A DNA stretch of 64,000 bases from Podarcis cretensis (GCA_951804945.1 OX638156.1:38564001-38628000); one strand, 5' to 3'. Counted from the first letter of the stretch, positions 20,565 through 35,500 are shown. Translations and numbers: made by a program. Notes: generated by a model from the sequence alone, not told the origin.

Positions 20565-23500
20565 GTGAGCGGGGCGGGGAGCCCCTCCTAGCTGGTGGGG
20601 AAACTGAGGTCGGGGGAGGGGGAGGGCTTCGGGGCAGTGGACCCCCATGGAGCAACTTTTTTGCGGCGGGCGGCTGCAGGGAGAGGCCAGCCCAGGTGCG
20701 GAGCAATGCACATAGCCTCTCCTGGCAATTTTAGGAAACCTGCATCTGACCCAGGTTTACCTCTGTCCTCCGTCACTCTCCGGTGTAACCAAGAAGTGGC
20801 GTCCAGGATGGAGGTCTGCGGCCAGGACCATGCGCGCATGCATAGCTCCTCCTGGCCTCGGTTGCCAAGAGTTAGGGAGCAAGTGCAGCCCCTTGGCCAG
20901 TAGCTCTCTTTCCCTTCTGGCGCAGGAGCAAATCCTTGTTTTCAAGGGAAAAGGCCGAAGGGCTACACGGGAAAGCGAGGACACTTCTGTGGGCAGAGCC
21001 CGTTTTCTGGCTCAGGCAGGCCTGCCGACAGCGGTGTTGCCAATTTCTGGCATTCATAGTTTAAAAGAAAACGGGGAAAGGAGCAGAGAGAGAAAAACGT
21101 TGCTGTTTCAGGGAATTGGCCCAGATGAATATACTTATCATGATAGTCCCCCCCCCCCCATTGTGATGTTCTTGAAGATAAAGCTTATGCTGGGTACTTT
21201 TTGAGTAGGGATTGTCTTTCGGTCACACCCTCGTGGCTGGTTGAGTTGTGTTAAAGTGAATCAATCCTGCTATTTCTATTCCAACAGAGGTAGACAGCTT
21301 GATCCTATAATTCAGGATTGGCAAAACTCCTTACCTGGCTGCCTCCTTACCTGGCTGCTTGCGACAAGAATCTCCTCTGTCCATGGAGGGAGGCTTTTGT
21401 AAATACAAGAGCCTTCTTTTTCTTTCACACACTGTGCCACAAATGACTAATATAGGTAGGTGTGTGTGCGGTCAGGCTAGTAACACTTGTGGCTTTTAAT
21501 CATAAGTCAACTACAGGTTCACTTTAGCAGCTGTAGAGCAAATAATAGTTTGCAATTTGAGATGCGTATGGGAAAAGTAATTGATCTCTTGCCATAGGGA
21601 GTATGGCATTTTGTGTTGGGTCATTTGTGGGTCTGTTTTCAATATCAGCATGTAATATGCCTATTCTTGAAGCAACTTTAGGTTGACAATCTGTTTCCAG
21701 CTTCAGACTAGCTAGCTTGGCAGGAATGCATGAATTCAGAGTTACTGCTGATAGAAATTGTTGTAAGTTTAGCTGGAGTTACTAGATTGTTACACAAGTT
21801 ATTGCTTGTAAACAGAAAAATTGGAACTGAGGAAGCTGCCTTATATTGAGTCAGATCATTGCTCTGTCTAGCTCAGTAGTGTCTACATTGACTGGCAGTG
21901 GGGTCTTGCAGGTTTTCATATAGAGGACATTTCCAGACCTACCTGGAGTTGCTGAGGACTGACCTTGCAAACTGTAGCACACAAAACAGATGCTTTACCA
22001 TTGCCTTATGGCCTGTCCTGTGTTTCTATGGTTCAATATAGGATGGTTATCTGTGTTTCTATGGTTCAATATAGGATGTACAAGTCTCAGAAATAACTTA
22101 ACTGCTCATTGTCATTCTTTGAGATACCTTCTCTGAATAGAAATTAACCAAGTTTATTTTAGGTCTCTGTCTGGCTATTTCTGTGTGTTTTCATAAGAAG
22201 TGGGGTAATTTTTAGGAAGCTCTAAGTTGGACATCCTGAGAACCCTAGATCCCAGTGCAACCTAAGTCAGTACAGGAGTGTTTCCCACAATCTTGTACAG
22301 TGGTACCTCAGGTTACAAATACTTCGGATTACAGACTCTGCTAACCCGGAAGTAGTATCTCTGGTTAAGAACTTTACCTCAGGATGAGAACAGAAATCAT
22401 GTGGTGGTGGCGCATAAACAGCGAGAGGCCCCATTAGATAAGTGGTACCTAAAGTTAAGAACGGACCTCCAGAACAAATTAAGTTCTTAACCAGAGGTAC
22501 CACTGTACTCAGATACACTGTCCCATCACATTAGAGCTACATTGGGCACTTCTGGCAATGCAACTGATTCTGGGAGAAGTCCAAGGAAGAGCATATCAGT
22601 TGAACCTTCCAACCTTGGTGAGAAAATGTGCATAGAAATTTGCTGCAAGCAGAAAAGGTTGCTGGTTGTGAGATTTTGGGGGGATATATTTTAAAAGTGA
22701 ACCCTCCACCAATATTTTAATGAAAGTATGTAAAACACTTATTTTGTGATTAAACTGTTTATAAACTTTTCTAAATAAATGACTGAAACATAGTTTGTTC
22801 TTTAAAGTGAGATTGTTTACTTATTTAAATTAAAAGATAAAGAGCCCTAACAGTCATCTGATGCTGTGACATTAACATTGGATTTGAATTTTTGAATTCA
22901 TTGTTTAGCATTGCATTTATAGATGGGTAAGTTCCTGCATTCAGAAAGTGTTTCACTTTCTGGCTGAGCCAAACTAAGTGAAGGCAATGTGAACGAATCA
23001 CCATTCCCACTCATTCCCTCTTTCCTTGGTTTGTGATATGCAGTATTGCAGGGGTCAGGAGTTCTGTGTCACATTTATGTATCCCTCCAACATCGTTCCT
23101 GGCTTGAACTTAAGCAATTAGACTGCATTGCAGGGTTGGATTGAGACACAGGAAGCATGCACAACCACTGATCTAATGGCCCAGCATACTGTTTTGATGG
23201 TGAGGAGTGGAAACAGGGTCCCATATTTGTCCCTCTGTGTGCAGGTGCTGTGCCTGAACAAGTATGAATTATGTCTGGATGGTTTCCTATCTCTTGGTGT
23301 CATTGCTTGGAGTGCAGTTCACAAACTGAACTTTGTGAGTTGACATTCATTGTCAGTATATCTTCAGCATGAACAAGCATAATGCAGAATGTGGTGTGTA
23401 TGCCTCTCTGGATTGTGGCCTATTTCTTACAATGTTTGTAGAGCTTTCAGGTATTTAAAGCACTTCACATTTATTAACTTGTAATCCTTACAACAACCTT

Positions 23501-26500
23501 GTAATATTACAGTATTAATGTTCTCTGTAAAGCAGATAGAGTGTGGTGGGGGTGTGAAGTAGGTGACTAAGGCTGAGAGACTGGCTTGTTTAAGGCCACC
23601 TAGTGAGGTTATTCCAGAGGAGAGAATTGAACTAGGGATATTTGATTACTGATAGCTCAGTCTCTTAGTCATTATGCCTAACTAATTGTAGCTGACACTT
23701 GTCGAGTATTTATTGTACAGGTGTGCCCTTTAGTTCTCTGTATGAATGTGCTTTAAGATGTAGCAGTATCAGAGAAGTAAGGTTTCATAAGCCACAGACA
23801 TAACACTAGTTCTCCACAGTCAAAACTCCTAGAGGGTGCTGCAGCCTTCATTGGAGGGGTGTGCAGAGTCAAAGTGCTTGCTCGTGTATGTCACAATATG
23901 TTATGTACTGATAATGGGTACATAATTTAGCTAAATAGACAATTTTGTTGCTAAATTAATACTGTGATTTGTTGATTATATTATAGGGATGTTCACACAC
24001 TCACCAGCAGCCACCTGCAATATAGAGATATACTCACCTTTCTTAAAGAATGGTTGCATGGGTTACTAAAATGTACTTGAAAAGTTTTGAATATTGTTAG
24101 ACACATGGAGTTACTACATCCACATGATCACACTGGGGATTTCAGATTCCTACATCTGAGTAATTGCCTTTCTTTTAAATTTACAATTTTCTGATTTACC
24201 TGTATATTCTACTGAATCAGTAATGCTTACTCCAGATTGGTGTTTATAGTTTGTAAAACATTGCAGCTTCAGTTTAGTAACATATTTTTGCAGTTTATAT
24301 TGTTCCCACTCTGTGCTACATTGTACAAAATTGTTTTATCATTTGTACAGCAATCCTATGCTGTATATACATGACTGTGTCTAAGGCCCATTGAACTAAC
24401 TGGGACTCCCAACTGGGTTGTGCTGTAATCATTTTAATTTCATACCCTTAATTTAAGGGGTGGGGACTAGGAACCCTTTTTCTATGACATAAAAAACATT
24501 TAAAATGTTACATTCCTTTCTCACTTTCTTGTCTTGTATCATCAGTTAAAAATCCAATAGGTAGTGTAGCAGTGAGAAATTAATGTAAGCAGACTTGAGT
24601 TGGAGATGTAGTGGTATGGCAGAAACCTATTAGTTCATTCAGGACATTGAGATATAGCTCTGATTTCTGTTGGATGATACTGCCTCTTCTATGGTTTACA
24701 AGAGCTTTTAGAGCGAATAAAGATACTGCTTGTTTGACAAGAGGTGACACTTCTGCTTGGATTCCTTGGAGGGCTGTCCTTCCCTTTTGCCTATTCCATT
24801 TAGAGCCTGGAGGTATAGATGCATTTGCATCCACTGTTAGAAACTGAGATATGAAAGCTAGGAGCTAAATGGCACCTTAAACCTAGGTTTTTGGCGCAAC
24901 AATGGAATGTCTAGGCACACTTTTTTAATAACAGTACAAAGCTGAAAATGAATGAACTGCAGCTAAAATCTTATATTCATTTTTCACATGGTCGAGTCCT
25001 CATCTGAAGACTGCAAAAAACAGCCATGCTTCCCCTGCCTGTCCCCCTAATATTCTTAAGAGGGTCTCTTCTCCAGTCTTTAGAGAGTGGCTGGAAGTGG
25101 GGAGGCAGAAAAAGGTCCTCCTTTCCTTCTACTCTGCAGTTTTAATCTGAAATCTTAGGAGCAGTACTGCACCCAGAGCTCAAAAATTGCTCATGCTAAT
25201 GAAATTCCATTTTGCAAAACGTATCTAGAACAATGGGAGTTTCGAACGCTGTTCGCATCATCAAATTCTGTTGAATTGGAATGTCACCCAGAGGGTTCAG
25301 TTTTTTAGCCTAAGCGTTTCTCATGCTGCTATCTGATTTGTGTGTGTTAAGAGCTGTCAAGTTGCTTTAAATTCAGCAGATAACCTAATATGTGTAATAT
25401 TTGTGATGGGTGTAGACTGGTTTTGACAACATCTGTTATCTTCATAGAGCCGCCATTCTGTGGTGTGCAGGATCATGCTTTGTCTGGAATTTGAAGTATT
25501 TGGATTGTCACATACTGACCTAGTTTATTTAGAAAATGTATAAGCCACTTAATCAAAGAGTGTTCTCTGGGTTTGGGTGTAATGTTCCTGGTCCAACAAA
25601 GTATAGCTTGCTGGAGTGGAAAAGAGCAACAAACTTAAATAAGTGCTTCCTTATCACAACCTCCAGTGGAGACTGTTTTGTTAAATCACAGTTTCTCCAT
25701 TACATTGCAACAGGAAGACTGGTTTTAACAAACCAGAAAAACTCTGTTTTGCAGCTGGGAATGAGAGAGGAGGAGATGGGGGAAGGAATGCTCTTGCTCA
25801 TTGCTTGTTCCAAGAACATGGACCAAAAAGTGTTAAGTGTGAGCTGGGTCAGTGTGCCTTTTGCTTGGATGCTGTCTTGTACCTTCTTGTGGAACAGAGT
25901 GCTTTTTTTGCCCACTTCTGCCAATAAGTAACAGAACCTTTCAGAAAGGTGCCCAGAAAATTTATTAGTCCATTAGAAACATTACCCATGCTATTGGCAT
26001 GTACCTCTGGACTGCAAAGCATCTTGAACAGTGAGTCTGGCATGTTTTGTCTTAAAGGAGTTGTACATATTTATTTGCACTGAGAAACAATTGTCCAAAG
26101 AGAAAGATAAAACAACAAGCTCAAATCATTTTTTTATTTTTTATTGATTACACTTTATAGCCCACCTTTCCCCCCAAGAAGTTCGTGGTACACATAGTTT
26201 TCCCTCCCCAACTTATCCACACAATAAATTTGTGAGGTAGGTTAGACTGAGATACAGTGACTGGCCCAAGGTCACCCAAAGAAATTCATGGCCGAGTAGG
26301 GATTTGAACTCTGGTCTCCCACGTCATAGTTCAACACTCTAACCATTATAATACACTTGCCCTTAAAAGAAGGCAGGTCCTTCTTTTAGGTCCCACTGCA
26401 TTCAGGTAAGTGTGGGGACTGCTGCCCCAGAGTAAGTCCTCAGTGAGACTTAACTTCTGAATAGACATATTATATATGTGTAAGTGTTGTTACTAGATGG

Positions 26501-29500
26501 ACAATGAACTGATGAAAGGTGAATGTGAAAATAGAATGTTAGTAAAATTTGCAAGTGTCACATAACTTCAAGAAAAGAGGTGAATATTTTGCAGTGATTC
26601 TCAGTTACGGTAGTTTAGCTTAAAGTAATTTGCAGTAACAAAGTTGTTGATGACAACAATTTGTAGGTCACTATTTGATCTTAGTTTAATGAAACTGCTG
26701 AGCCTGAAACCCTTGACCTCATTTGTGTCCATGAAGTTATGGGTAGAGTGGATGACTTGTAAATACCACCTTTATCCCAGAAGGGGATGGAGTAACAAAA
26801 CATCAGTGCTCAACAGGGTTCCTGTCCTTGGGTAGATTAGGAGCGGAGCATTGCATTCATGATAAATTAGCTTTGGTTTTGTCTTCTGTCCCCTGCCACT
26901 CTTCTCTGGGCTAAAATGTGCTATTATGCCTCTTGCATATTGCAATAACTTTTCTGGGTTTAAAAGTAAACCTACATATGTTGTTATTACAAATTGGAAT
27001 GTGACTGCTTTAATGAACTAACCAATTAAGTGTTGATCAAGACTTTTAAAGCATTAACATTGTAAAAATAACAAAGAAAATCATCAATGAGTGGATACTT
27101 ATGCTAATTACAAAAAACAAAGACTGTTGTTACTGCCTTCCTACATAACACTAAGCTACAGTTTGTTTAAGAGTTGTCTCATAGATGAGCAAACAAGTCA
27201 TAACTTGCTTTTCCAGAGCTTGGTTTATTTTCCTGCCACTGTTGCTTTTGTAGCTTGGTGAGTGTTTGGGGTTGGATGGCTAAACCAACCACGCAAAGTA
27301 GTTGACAGTTTTAAAAAATGGCTTATGATACAAAAAGAAATATGATACAAATGATACAAAAATGATATGATACAAATATGATACAATATGATACAAAAAG
27401 AAAAATAATGAGGAAGAAAGAAGAAAATAAGCAAATTCAAGCACCAGAGCTTTCATAATGGTACATAATGAAGTTTCATGCAGAGAGGTGGTATGTAGGA
27501 GACAGTTCAGGGGTGTGGGAGGTAGAGCCAAATGGCTGCTGATCCCAGCCTGGCTGTTGTGCCAAGATGGCATGTCTAAAAAAAGCTACATGGAAAACTT
27601 TATGTATGTATATGTTTAATAGGGGATTCCAGCAAGTGTTTGCACGTGTGCCTGGTGTTCTTGAATTGATATCGTGTTTAACTGTTCTTGAATTGATATC
27701 ATGTTTAACTGTTGTGTCATTGTAAAATGTTTTGAATGCCTTTATTCTTTTGCCTGTGCCTTTTGCAATAAGACAGGCATGATAACTTCCTGTCAGTATG
27801 AAAATTTAAGTGAGCAGATGGTGCCTGGAGATTTGCAGCAGTGTCACTAGAAGAGTTTCAGTCATTAAGCAGTTAGTATAGCTGTTTAACTCATTAGTTA
27901 AGGCTCATTAATGGGTAGTTGCCAATAAAAATGTAGTAAGCAGGTAGTTTACCTATTTCCAGCAGAGTCTGGACAAGATTCTCATGTTCACACTTGTATA
28001 GCTTGAGTAAGAAGCATGAACTGAAGCAAATAGGGATTGATGTACTCTGAGGATGTGTCTTAAGCCTTTGGAGGAAGGGAAGCTGATTAGAGTGGTCTTC
28101 TTCCCTAGGCCCCTGCACTGCAGTTTGATTAGTTAAGGTAGATAATCCCCACTCCTTCATCTCTCTAACCACAGGGTAATAGATTGCTGTGGTGATGAGT
28201 CATGCTTGTGTTTTAACTGCTCTTACTTGAATGCTCTGGCAGTTCTATTTCTTTTCACTTATCTAGTTTCAACTGTGTTAAAACTGTGTTTGCTTTCATG
28301 CTCTGAACGAATCTTCTAGAAAACTCATTGTACTTGTTTTTCCCCTCAGTATGTTGCAGGTTCCATGGAATCTGAGCTGAACAGATACTTCAGGGAAACG
28401 CAGTAAAAGTAACGGATTTGGATTCCACCTTTGTGCAGGAATTGTACAGAGAAATAGTGTTCTTCCTTAACCAAACTTTTATTAGGTGCATATGGTTTTT
28501 AGAACAGTTGTGCCTGTTAGAAATTACTCATATGCAGGCTGAGAACAAGTGGGATAAGAAAGGTTGTTTCTCAACATTCTGTGTCCTTGGTCTTCATGGC
28601 CTTCAGTGTGTTGGTGGTGAAGCTGAGTGAAGCTGATTCACTTTCTTGGGATAGGTGGTTGTGGTTGGAAGTGATCTCTATGTTCTTCCCAATCGTAACT
28701 CTGGCAAAGTAGGATTTGTTATGGCAGGGGTCCCCAGAATGTCTTTATTCATTTCTTTAGAAATTTTTATAGATTTCCTTAGAAGAATTTATATGGCTTA
28801 ATAAGAAAACTCTTAAGCTGCCAACATTGCCACTATTTTTGTATGTGCAAATGCTATGGGGTATCTGTTTAAAAAATGGTAGCTGTCACCTGCCTGACAT
28901 TGTGGCTTGGAGTTGGTGAGTAGGATATTTGCGGTTTTAGCAACAGCACAAGAGAACTACAGTGACAATGTTGAAGGTATAAGCAGTGTTCAAAATTAGC
29001 TAGGTGCTAGTTGCATTTTAAGACAGGCTGCTGGCCTTTTGTGAGGCAATGAAGATGTCCGGGTGCCAGGTTTGGTGCCTAACATCTCCATCTGGCTGGC
29101 TGGCATGAGCAATCAGTTGGTCTGCAGAGCAGCAAGCCTGCTGCACAAATCAGCTGATCTGTGGGGTAGCAGTGCCCCATAGATCACCTGGCTCACACAG
29201 CATAAAAGAGGCATACCTTTTGGTACTGTGAGCCAGGTGAATCTCCTCAGCTGGGCAGCTGCTCCAGCTCCTTAGCCTCCAGTGGCTCCACTTCATCTAG
29301 GAGGCTTGTATTCTCCTTGACTCCCTCTACTGCTGAATTGTCTGCTGGCACTAGGCTGCTTCCTGTTGTGCTGTTCTTGCTCAACAGAGGCTGCTTGGGC
29401 CTGGCATTGTTTGGGCAAGCCCTGCAGCAGACAGTTGCTCCTGGTGGTGGCAGGGGATGGCAGCAAAGGCAGCCAAGAAACCTTTTAGGGCTGTCGCCTG

Positions 29501-32500
29501 GAGCTCCACTGGCACTGTGGATGTGGAGCTGCTTATTCTGCTTCTCCAGCTGCTTCTCCAGCTCCTGCACTTGGGCATCCGGTTCACATTGGAGTTAATG
29601 TCCTTCATGGTGCCCCATGACTCTACCCAACCCCGTGACCCTCTCTGCTGCTTCCTTCTCGTTCCCCTATTCTTCCTCCCTCCCTTTCTCACCATTGCCT
29701 TCTGTACTTTTCTACTCCAACAGTTGCAGAGTTAAGGCTAGGGGGGAACTTGGTTTCAAATTGTTTGTTTTGCCTATTAGATCTGTTTTGTGACGTTGCA
29801 GGTGGAGCAGAGGCCTAGACCTTCCTTGAGGGATTTCTTGTAGATCTCTGTTTTCTCTTTGACCCAAAGCTTTATTCTCTTTCTTAGGTTAGATCTGGTA
29901 CGAAAACATTTACAGCGGTACCTCGGGTTAAGAACTTAATTTGTTCTGGAGGTCCGTTCTCAACCTGAAACTGTTCTTAACCTGAAGTACCACTTTAGCT
30001 AATGGGGCTTCCTGCTGCCGCCACACTGCCGCCGCACGATTTCTGTTCTCATCCTGAAGCAAAGTTCTTAACCCGAGGTGCTATTTCTGGGTTCTGTAAC
30101 CTGAAGTGTCAGTAACCCAAGGTGCCACTGTATTTGAACCAGAACAAAGAAGCAAGCAATTTTGGGCACATGGTGATCTTAAGTGGGTAGGCTTTTGCTG
30201 GCAGATGCTTAGCCTGTCTTGTGTCAAGTAAATATATATCTCCTATCTCAGATCTGGTGTTGAGCATACTTTGCAAGTTTCCATTTTAGTTTAAAGAAAA
30301 ATCTCCCTGCTATTTGATGTCCCTAAAGTCTATGGATCAACTTTTGTGAAACCCAAAGTTTCTGATCTTTTCAGAATTAAATACATATTGTTTTATAGAA
30401 AACATTTTAATGGAAACAAGCAATGCTGAAAAGTGTCCATATGATATGGAAATAACTCATTTTGTATTGATTATGTAAAGAGGGAGGAAAGGGCTATCTG
30501 AGATGAATGGGGAGGAGATTCTCACCTAATTTACATGTAGGATAACTGCTGGGTGTTCTGATCTGGGTTTCCTGATTCTGCCCTGTGCTGTGTTAATGTC
30601 CTTTGTGGAGAAATCCTCATATGTGTGAGAGCAAAGGTCCTGCTGCTTTTGTTCTGTGAGTCAGTTCATAGTTTTATGTTAGCACTGAGGCAGGAGGCAG
30701 AAAATTGTACCAGCTATTTCTGGAAGGTAGGATGAGGGGAGCAAGGAGTCCAGCTTAAAGATGGCATGAAATGTTGTATTTGTGTACTGTATGTGTGTTA
30801 AGCTTTAGTTCCACCAAAGAGAGGAAGAGAGATTCTCTCATAAAGTTAAGAGATATAATATATTTATTTGGGTATGTGTGTGACTCTGCAGGGTGGCATT
30901 GCATATTGGCGCCCTTACGCCTTAGGGAGAATAAATGGAACCAGGATGTAAACTGTTCTACCCTTTTGCATTAGCTTCTCATCATCAGAGCTATAATTTA
31001 TTGTTCACTGATCTGTGTCTTCAATTAACCAATATTGACACAGCTGAACCTTCCATTAAGGAATGAATATTCACCGAGAAGCTTGAATGTGGCAACTACT
31101 GGGCTAGTTTGGATTATCTCCATATCTCTAAGCCTGCACTGGCCCTGTTTAGCAGCTGTGTAACCAAACCAATGATCTGAACCATACTGTGATGCTCAAT
31201 CAAATGACAGATTTCTAATAGTACAGGTATAAGCCCATGCATTTACAGACAAATGTGTGTTTTGGGGGCTCATCTGCTGTAAACATTGGTTGGAAGAAAA
31301 ATATCAAAATATAGGCCTTATTATAGGGAAGGCGTCTGAGAGTGAGCAGTCATATTGGATGGTGCTGCTCATGTTCTTGTGGAAGGACACAATCTTCTTC
31401 TGAAGCTTAGGTGGGCATCCTATCTTGTTGAGCAGTGTGAAGAGTCCTTTTTGGCTGACGAGGTCAAAGACCTTTGTCAGGTATATGAAGACTATATGCA
31501 AGGGCATCTCTATTTTCAGCATTTTTCCTGCAGCTGGTGCAGTAAGAAAATCATGTCAAAGCCCCATTGTGACTTTGGATAGTCCCTAGTATGATGATGT
31601 GTGGAATAATGCTGTTTGCCCATATACATGAAGAACGAATTCAGAGTGTAGGTGCAAATGGCAGCTAGAATTAGGGTGTGGAATGCAGGACCTGGAAAAT
31701 GGGTACAAACTATAGGTGGGATTTATTTATTTTTTTGGTGATTCCTTGTGTGCCTGTGCACAGTCAAAAACCTTTGAGTGTTGGATTGCAATTCTTGAAC
31801 TGTTTGATCTATTAATATGTCTAACCCAATATGCTGTCGTGTGTTGTGCTGTTGCCTCCAGATGCAAAATGGACATTGTGGCCTTTTCACTATTATTTTG
31901 CTCTTAAAGACTTTCTAAAGACATCTTTTTTAAAAAAGGCAAATGAGAATAAATTAAATGCCAGCATCTGTATTGTATTTGTAGAAGCACTTTGGTGTCC
32001 ATCTAAGTAAGTTTCCAAATGAGAGTACCTTTGGGAAATGTGAAGGTTAAGTCTCATAGGAAGCTCCTTGATCTCAGTCTTGTCCATACTGACTGGCAGC
32101 AGCAATATTTCAGACCAGGAGTTTTCCCAGACCTACCATATAATAATGGGGAAAAAATGTTTTCACCTTTGATGCACAGTGGAGAGCATACTTGACTGTA
32201 GACAGATTGCTCTCATGTATAAACATGCAGCCACCAACAGTAAACCTCAAACAGTGATCCTCAAACTTTGATTATATAAATGACAACCGGGGGGGAGGGG
32301 GGAGTGCATCATGGATTACTTCAAACTGATGCAAAAGTAATACATGTTGCAAACTGAACAAGTGCATAGATGCTTTCAACATTACTGCCATAACTTTCAA
32401 CATTACTGCCATTGTGGTCAGAACAACAAACCTGTCAAATGTTAATGTTACCGTTGCCTTTGGCTTACTAATGACATTGATATTCTGACCACAATAATTT

Positions 32501-35500
32501 CACATGCTCTTGAAGAAGGAATGCAAAATGCAGTCAATTAGGAAACCTGCAAAGGTTGAGCAGGCAGAACAGTGCAATACTGAGTTGGTCTATGTACAGG
32601 GATTTTATAACTCACAGCTAATCTTAATGATATATGTGGTTGTTTGGATTTGAGAGTTTTTGTTTGAGGAATATAAGTGATATGATCATGTATCCTCACA
32701 ATTCCAGCTAATGAATGAGTTGAGAATCCAAGTATCTTCCAAAGTGAAAGTATTGACTACTAATGTCTCTCCTTTTTTGCTGAAGGACCTTTTGTTGAGT
32801 GTGTGGTGCAGGTTGTCATGACTATTTGGGCACTATTGAGTGATTGATGGATCCACTGACTTCTGTACAAAGTGTGCTGTGCAGAGGTGTTGAACAGGAC
32901 AAGATCGGTCATTTCTGAGTTAGTTAGATATATTGACAGTTTCTCCAGTAAGATGGCAGCTGACAGGCGTGATATGCAAGCACTTGTTAAGACATAGCTG
33001 CTACTTACTTGACAAATTTGTGGTTACTGTGCTCAGCAGAACTCAGCAAGAGGCTTCCCCCTTGTGTTGGCTTAAATTTATTAAACATTTATACACAGTT
33101 AAATAATATTTGTATTTTGAAAAGCAGTTCACAAACTAGGATAACAGTGAAACTCATAACATGCAATCTATTAGCAAGATGAAGGCAGCACAGGAGCAAA
33201 GTCATATAATGATCAAAGGCCAGTAGAAGCAAAAGTGCTAGTTAGCAGGGAAGATATTGTGTGGTGTTTTCTTGGCAGAGGATCCACAAAATTGGGTCTG
33301 CAACAGGGGAGGTCCTACTTCTAGTGGATGTTAGCCTCGTGCAGTGGAATTCATTAGAATATCTTATGTATTGGTGGATTTGTATGGGAGAAGATGTTCT
33401 CTGACAAAATCAGATTAAATCCAATTGACAGCTAGTGCTAATGTTTCAAAACAGGTTATATATGTGCACCTGGATCTACATGTGAATATCTGTCTGTACC
33501 TGCTAACATGCAGGCTGCCACTAGCTAATGTTTCTAAATCATTTTGAAAAAGCAGCTCTGGTACTGGCCAGCTCTTCTATCTTTTTAGCAGAATTACGGT
33601 AGATGCTAATGGCTTTGGGTTTTCTCTCTTTCCCTGTAGCACTGTGGCTGGTTTAGCTTGATTGGGCCATCTAGAATAGTTTGCTTTGTATGTCTCTTTC
33701 TGCACAATTCATGCTCTCCAATTATGCTGTGGGTTGCCAATAGAGTTTAATAGACTTCAGCTGCCTGTTGGTTCCTGCATGATTATTCTTTGTAGTTCAG
33801 CGTGCTGGGGTTGTCTTGGATCTGCACTATGATGTTGATCAGGACTGCTGCTCATTGGCCAAAGACTCTGGGTTGATTGAAGGAAGGAGTCCAGATAGTA
33901 TACTTGCATGCTTTCAGTTCCACTGACTGACAACTGCTGTGTGCTGAACCCATGGGGTTCATATTTAAAACACAGTAAGAGTAAATGTATGTAACTAATG
34001 TCAAGCCAAGAAGTATATCTTACTGGTTAGGGGGTAGTATTAGGGGGCAAGAGGGAGGGAGCTGCTTGGCATCCATGTTGTTGTATCTCCTGATATTCTA
34101 ACCAGAATAGAATATAGAATTGTAGATTTGGAAGGGCTCATGGGGCTCATGTAATCCAGCTGCTTGCAATGCAGGGATCTTTTGCCCAACATGGTGCTTT
34201 AACCCTGTCTCATGCTCTACCAACTGAACTATCATAGCATAGTCCTTTGGGATTCCTGCTGAGTGAGCTCTTTTTAAAAGTTCTGTTCACTTTTTTAAAA
34301 ATGAAGCAAATGGCTTATCTCAAAGCAGATACAGATGTTGCAGTTCTTAGTAGGAGGGAGCCATTCCAGGTGGACTTGTACAATGAAAATGCTGACCGAG
34401 GAAAAAAAATTCCTCCCTCTAGCTCAAATGTATGAAAAATCTCGTTTCATAGCAAGACTTTGCAAAGGAAAGCCAGAGCAAGACATTACTAAAAGCTAAA
34501 GCATAATTAGTTATGCTCAGTGTAACAGCCGTGAAAACTGTGCTGGGGACACTTTTCAACTTCAGTCTTCTTGCTTGCATGAGTCTACTCTGTTCCTCCT
34601 ACTAAAGGAGTGTCAGTGCTAATGCTGGGGCTGATGGGAGTTGTAGTCCAAATATCTGAGGGTACCAAGCAGACAAAGACCGGTCTATGCTTAAATGAAA
34701 TGATCTGGTAGGGCTTTGAGACCAGTAAAAGGTGAACAGGAACTTCAGTTGGAATTTCCAGTATTTGCGGATATTTGAAGAGTAGCTAGTTCTAAGGTCT
34801 CTAAAACAGTAGTTATTGCTGTAAATAGATGGTAGGGAGCAATCAGTGGGATATAAGTATATGTTATAGTCTGTCTTTCCTTGTGCAGTCTAAGGCAGTT
34901 AACACAATAATAAAATGCCACAAACAAAAAACACCATTAACAATGAACCACTTAGAATAGCTCAATTGGGAGTGTGGCGCTAATTATGCTGCGGTTGCAG
35001 GTTTGATCCCTGAAAGGGCAGCTGCATATTCCTGCATTGCAGGGGGTTGGGCTAGATGAACTTCGGGGTCTCCTCCAACTCTATGATTCTAAAAAATGGC
35101 AGCAATAATAATGGAATAGATTTGTACGAGTATAATAAGGCTAAGCTGTACGACCCATCCTTGGGAAAAGGTATTGACACAGCAGCAGAAGGCTGATGAG
35201 AGCTCCCTAGGCAGGGAGTTCTGAGTCTAGGCACAACAACAAAGAAATGTGGACTTGGAGCAGACAAGAGGGTCCCTCTGTTGATGATCTTAATGAGCCA
35301 GGCAGGCTCACATATGGAGAGGAGGTCCTTCAGATATCTTGCTCATAAATCAGAAGACTTTAAAGGTCACACATAACCAGCATTTTCAGTTAGCCTCGAA
35401 ACAAATAAGAGAGCTGGTGCAGCAGTTTCAACAGTGAGGTTAATCAGCTACTTGGCTGCCATGTTTTGAACAAGCTACAGCTGCTGGACACTTTCAAAAG

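Noticed and set aside
19979-20734. 251-aa (+), 224-aa and 151-aa (-) ORFs over GLG1 exon 1
   Set aside because: Same CpG-island artefact; the true frame starts at 20166
22018-22078. Direct repeat with spacer, superficially CRISPR-like
   Set aside because: Only two units with a 5-bp spacer in a vertebrate intron
29700-30300. Searched for the second hAT TIR and TSD beyond the SLAIN2 fragment
   Set aside because: No match to the expected tatctcagtatctaacactg end or the ggtataag TSD, so a complete Pack-hAT cannot be claimed
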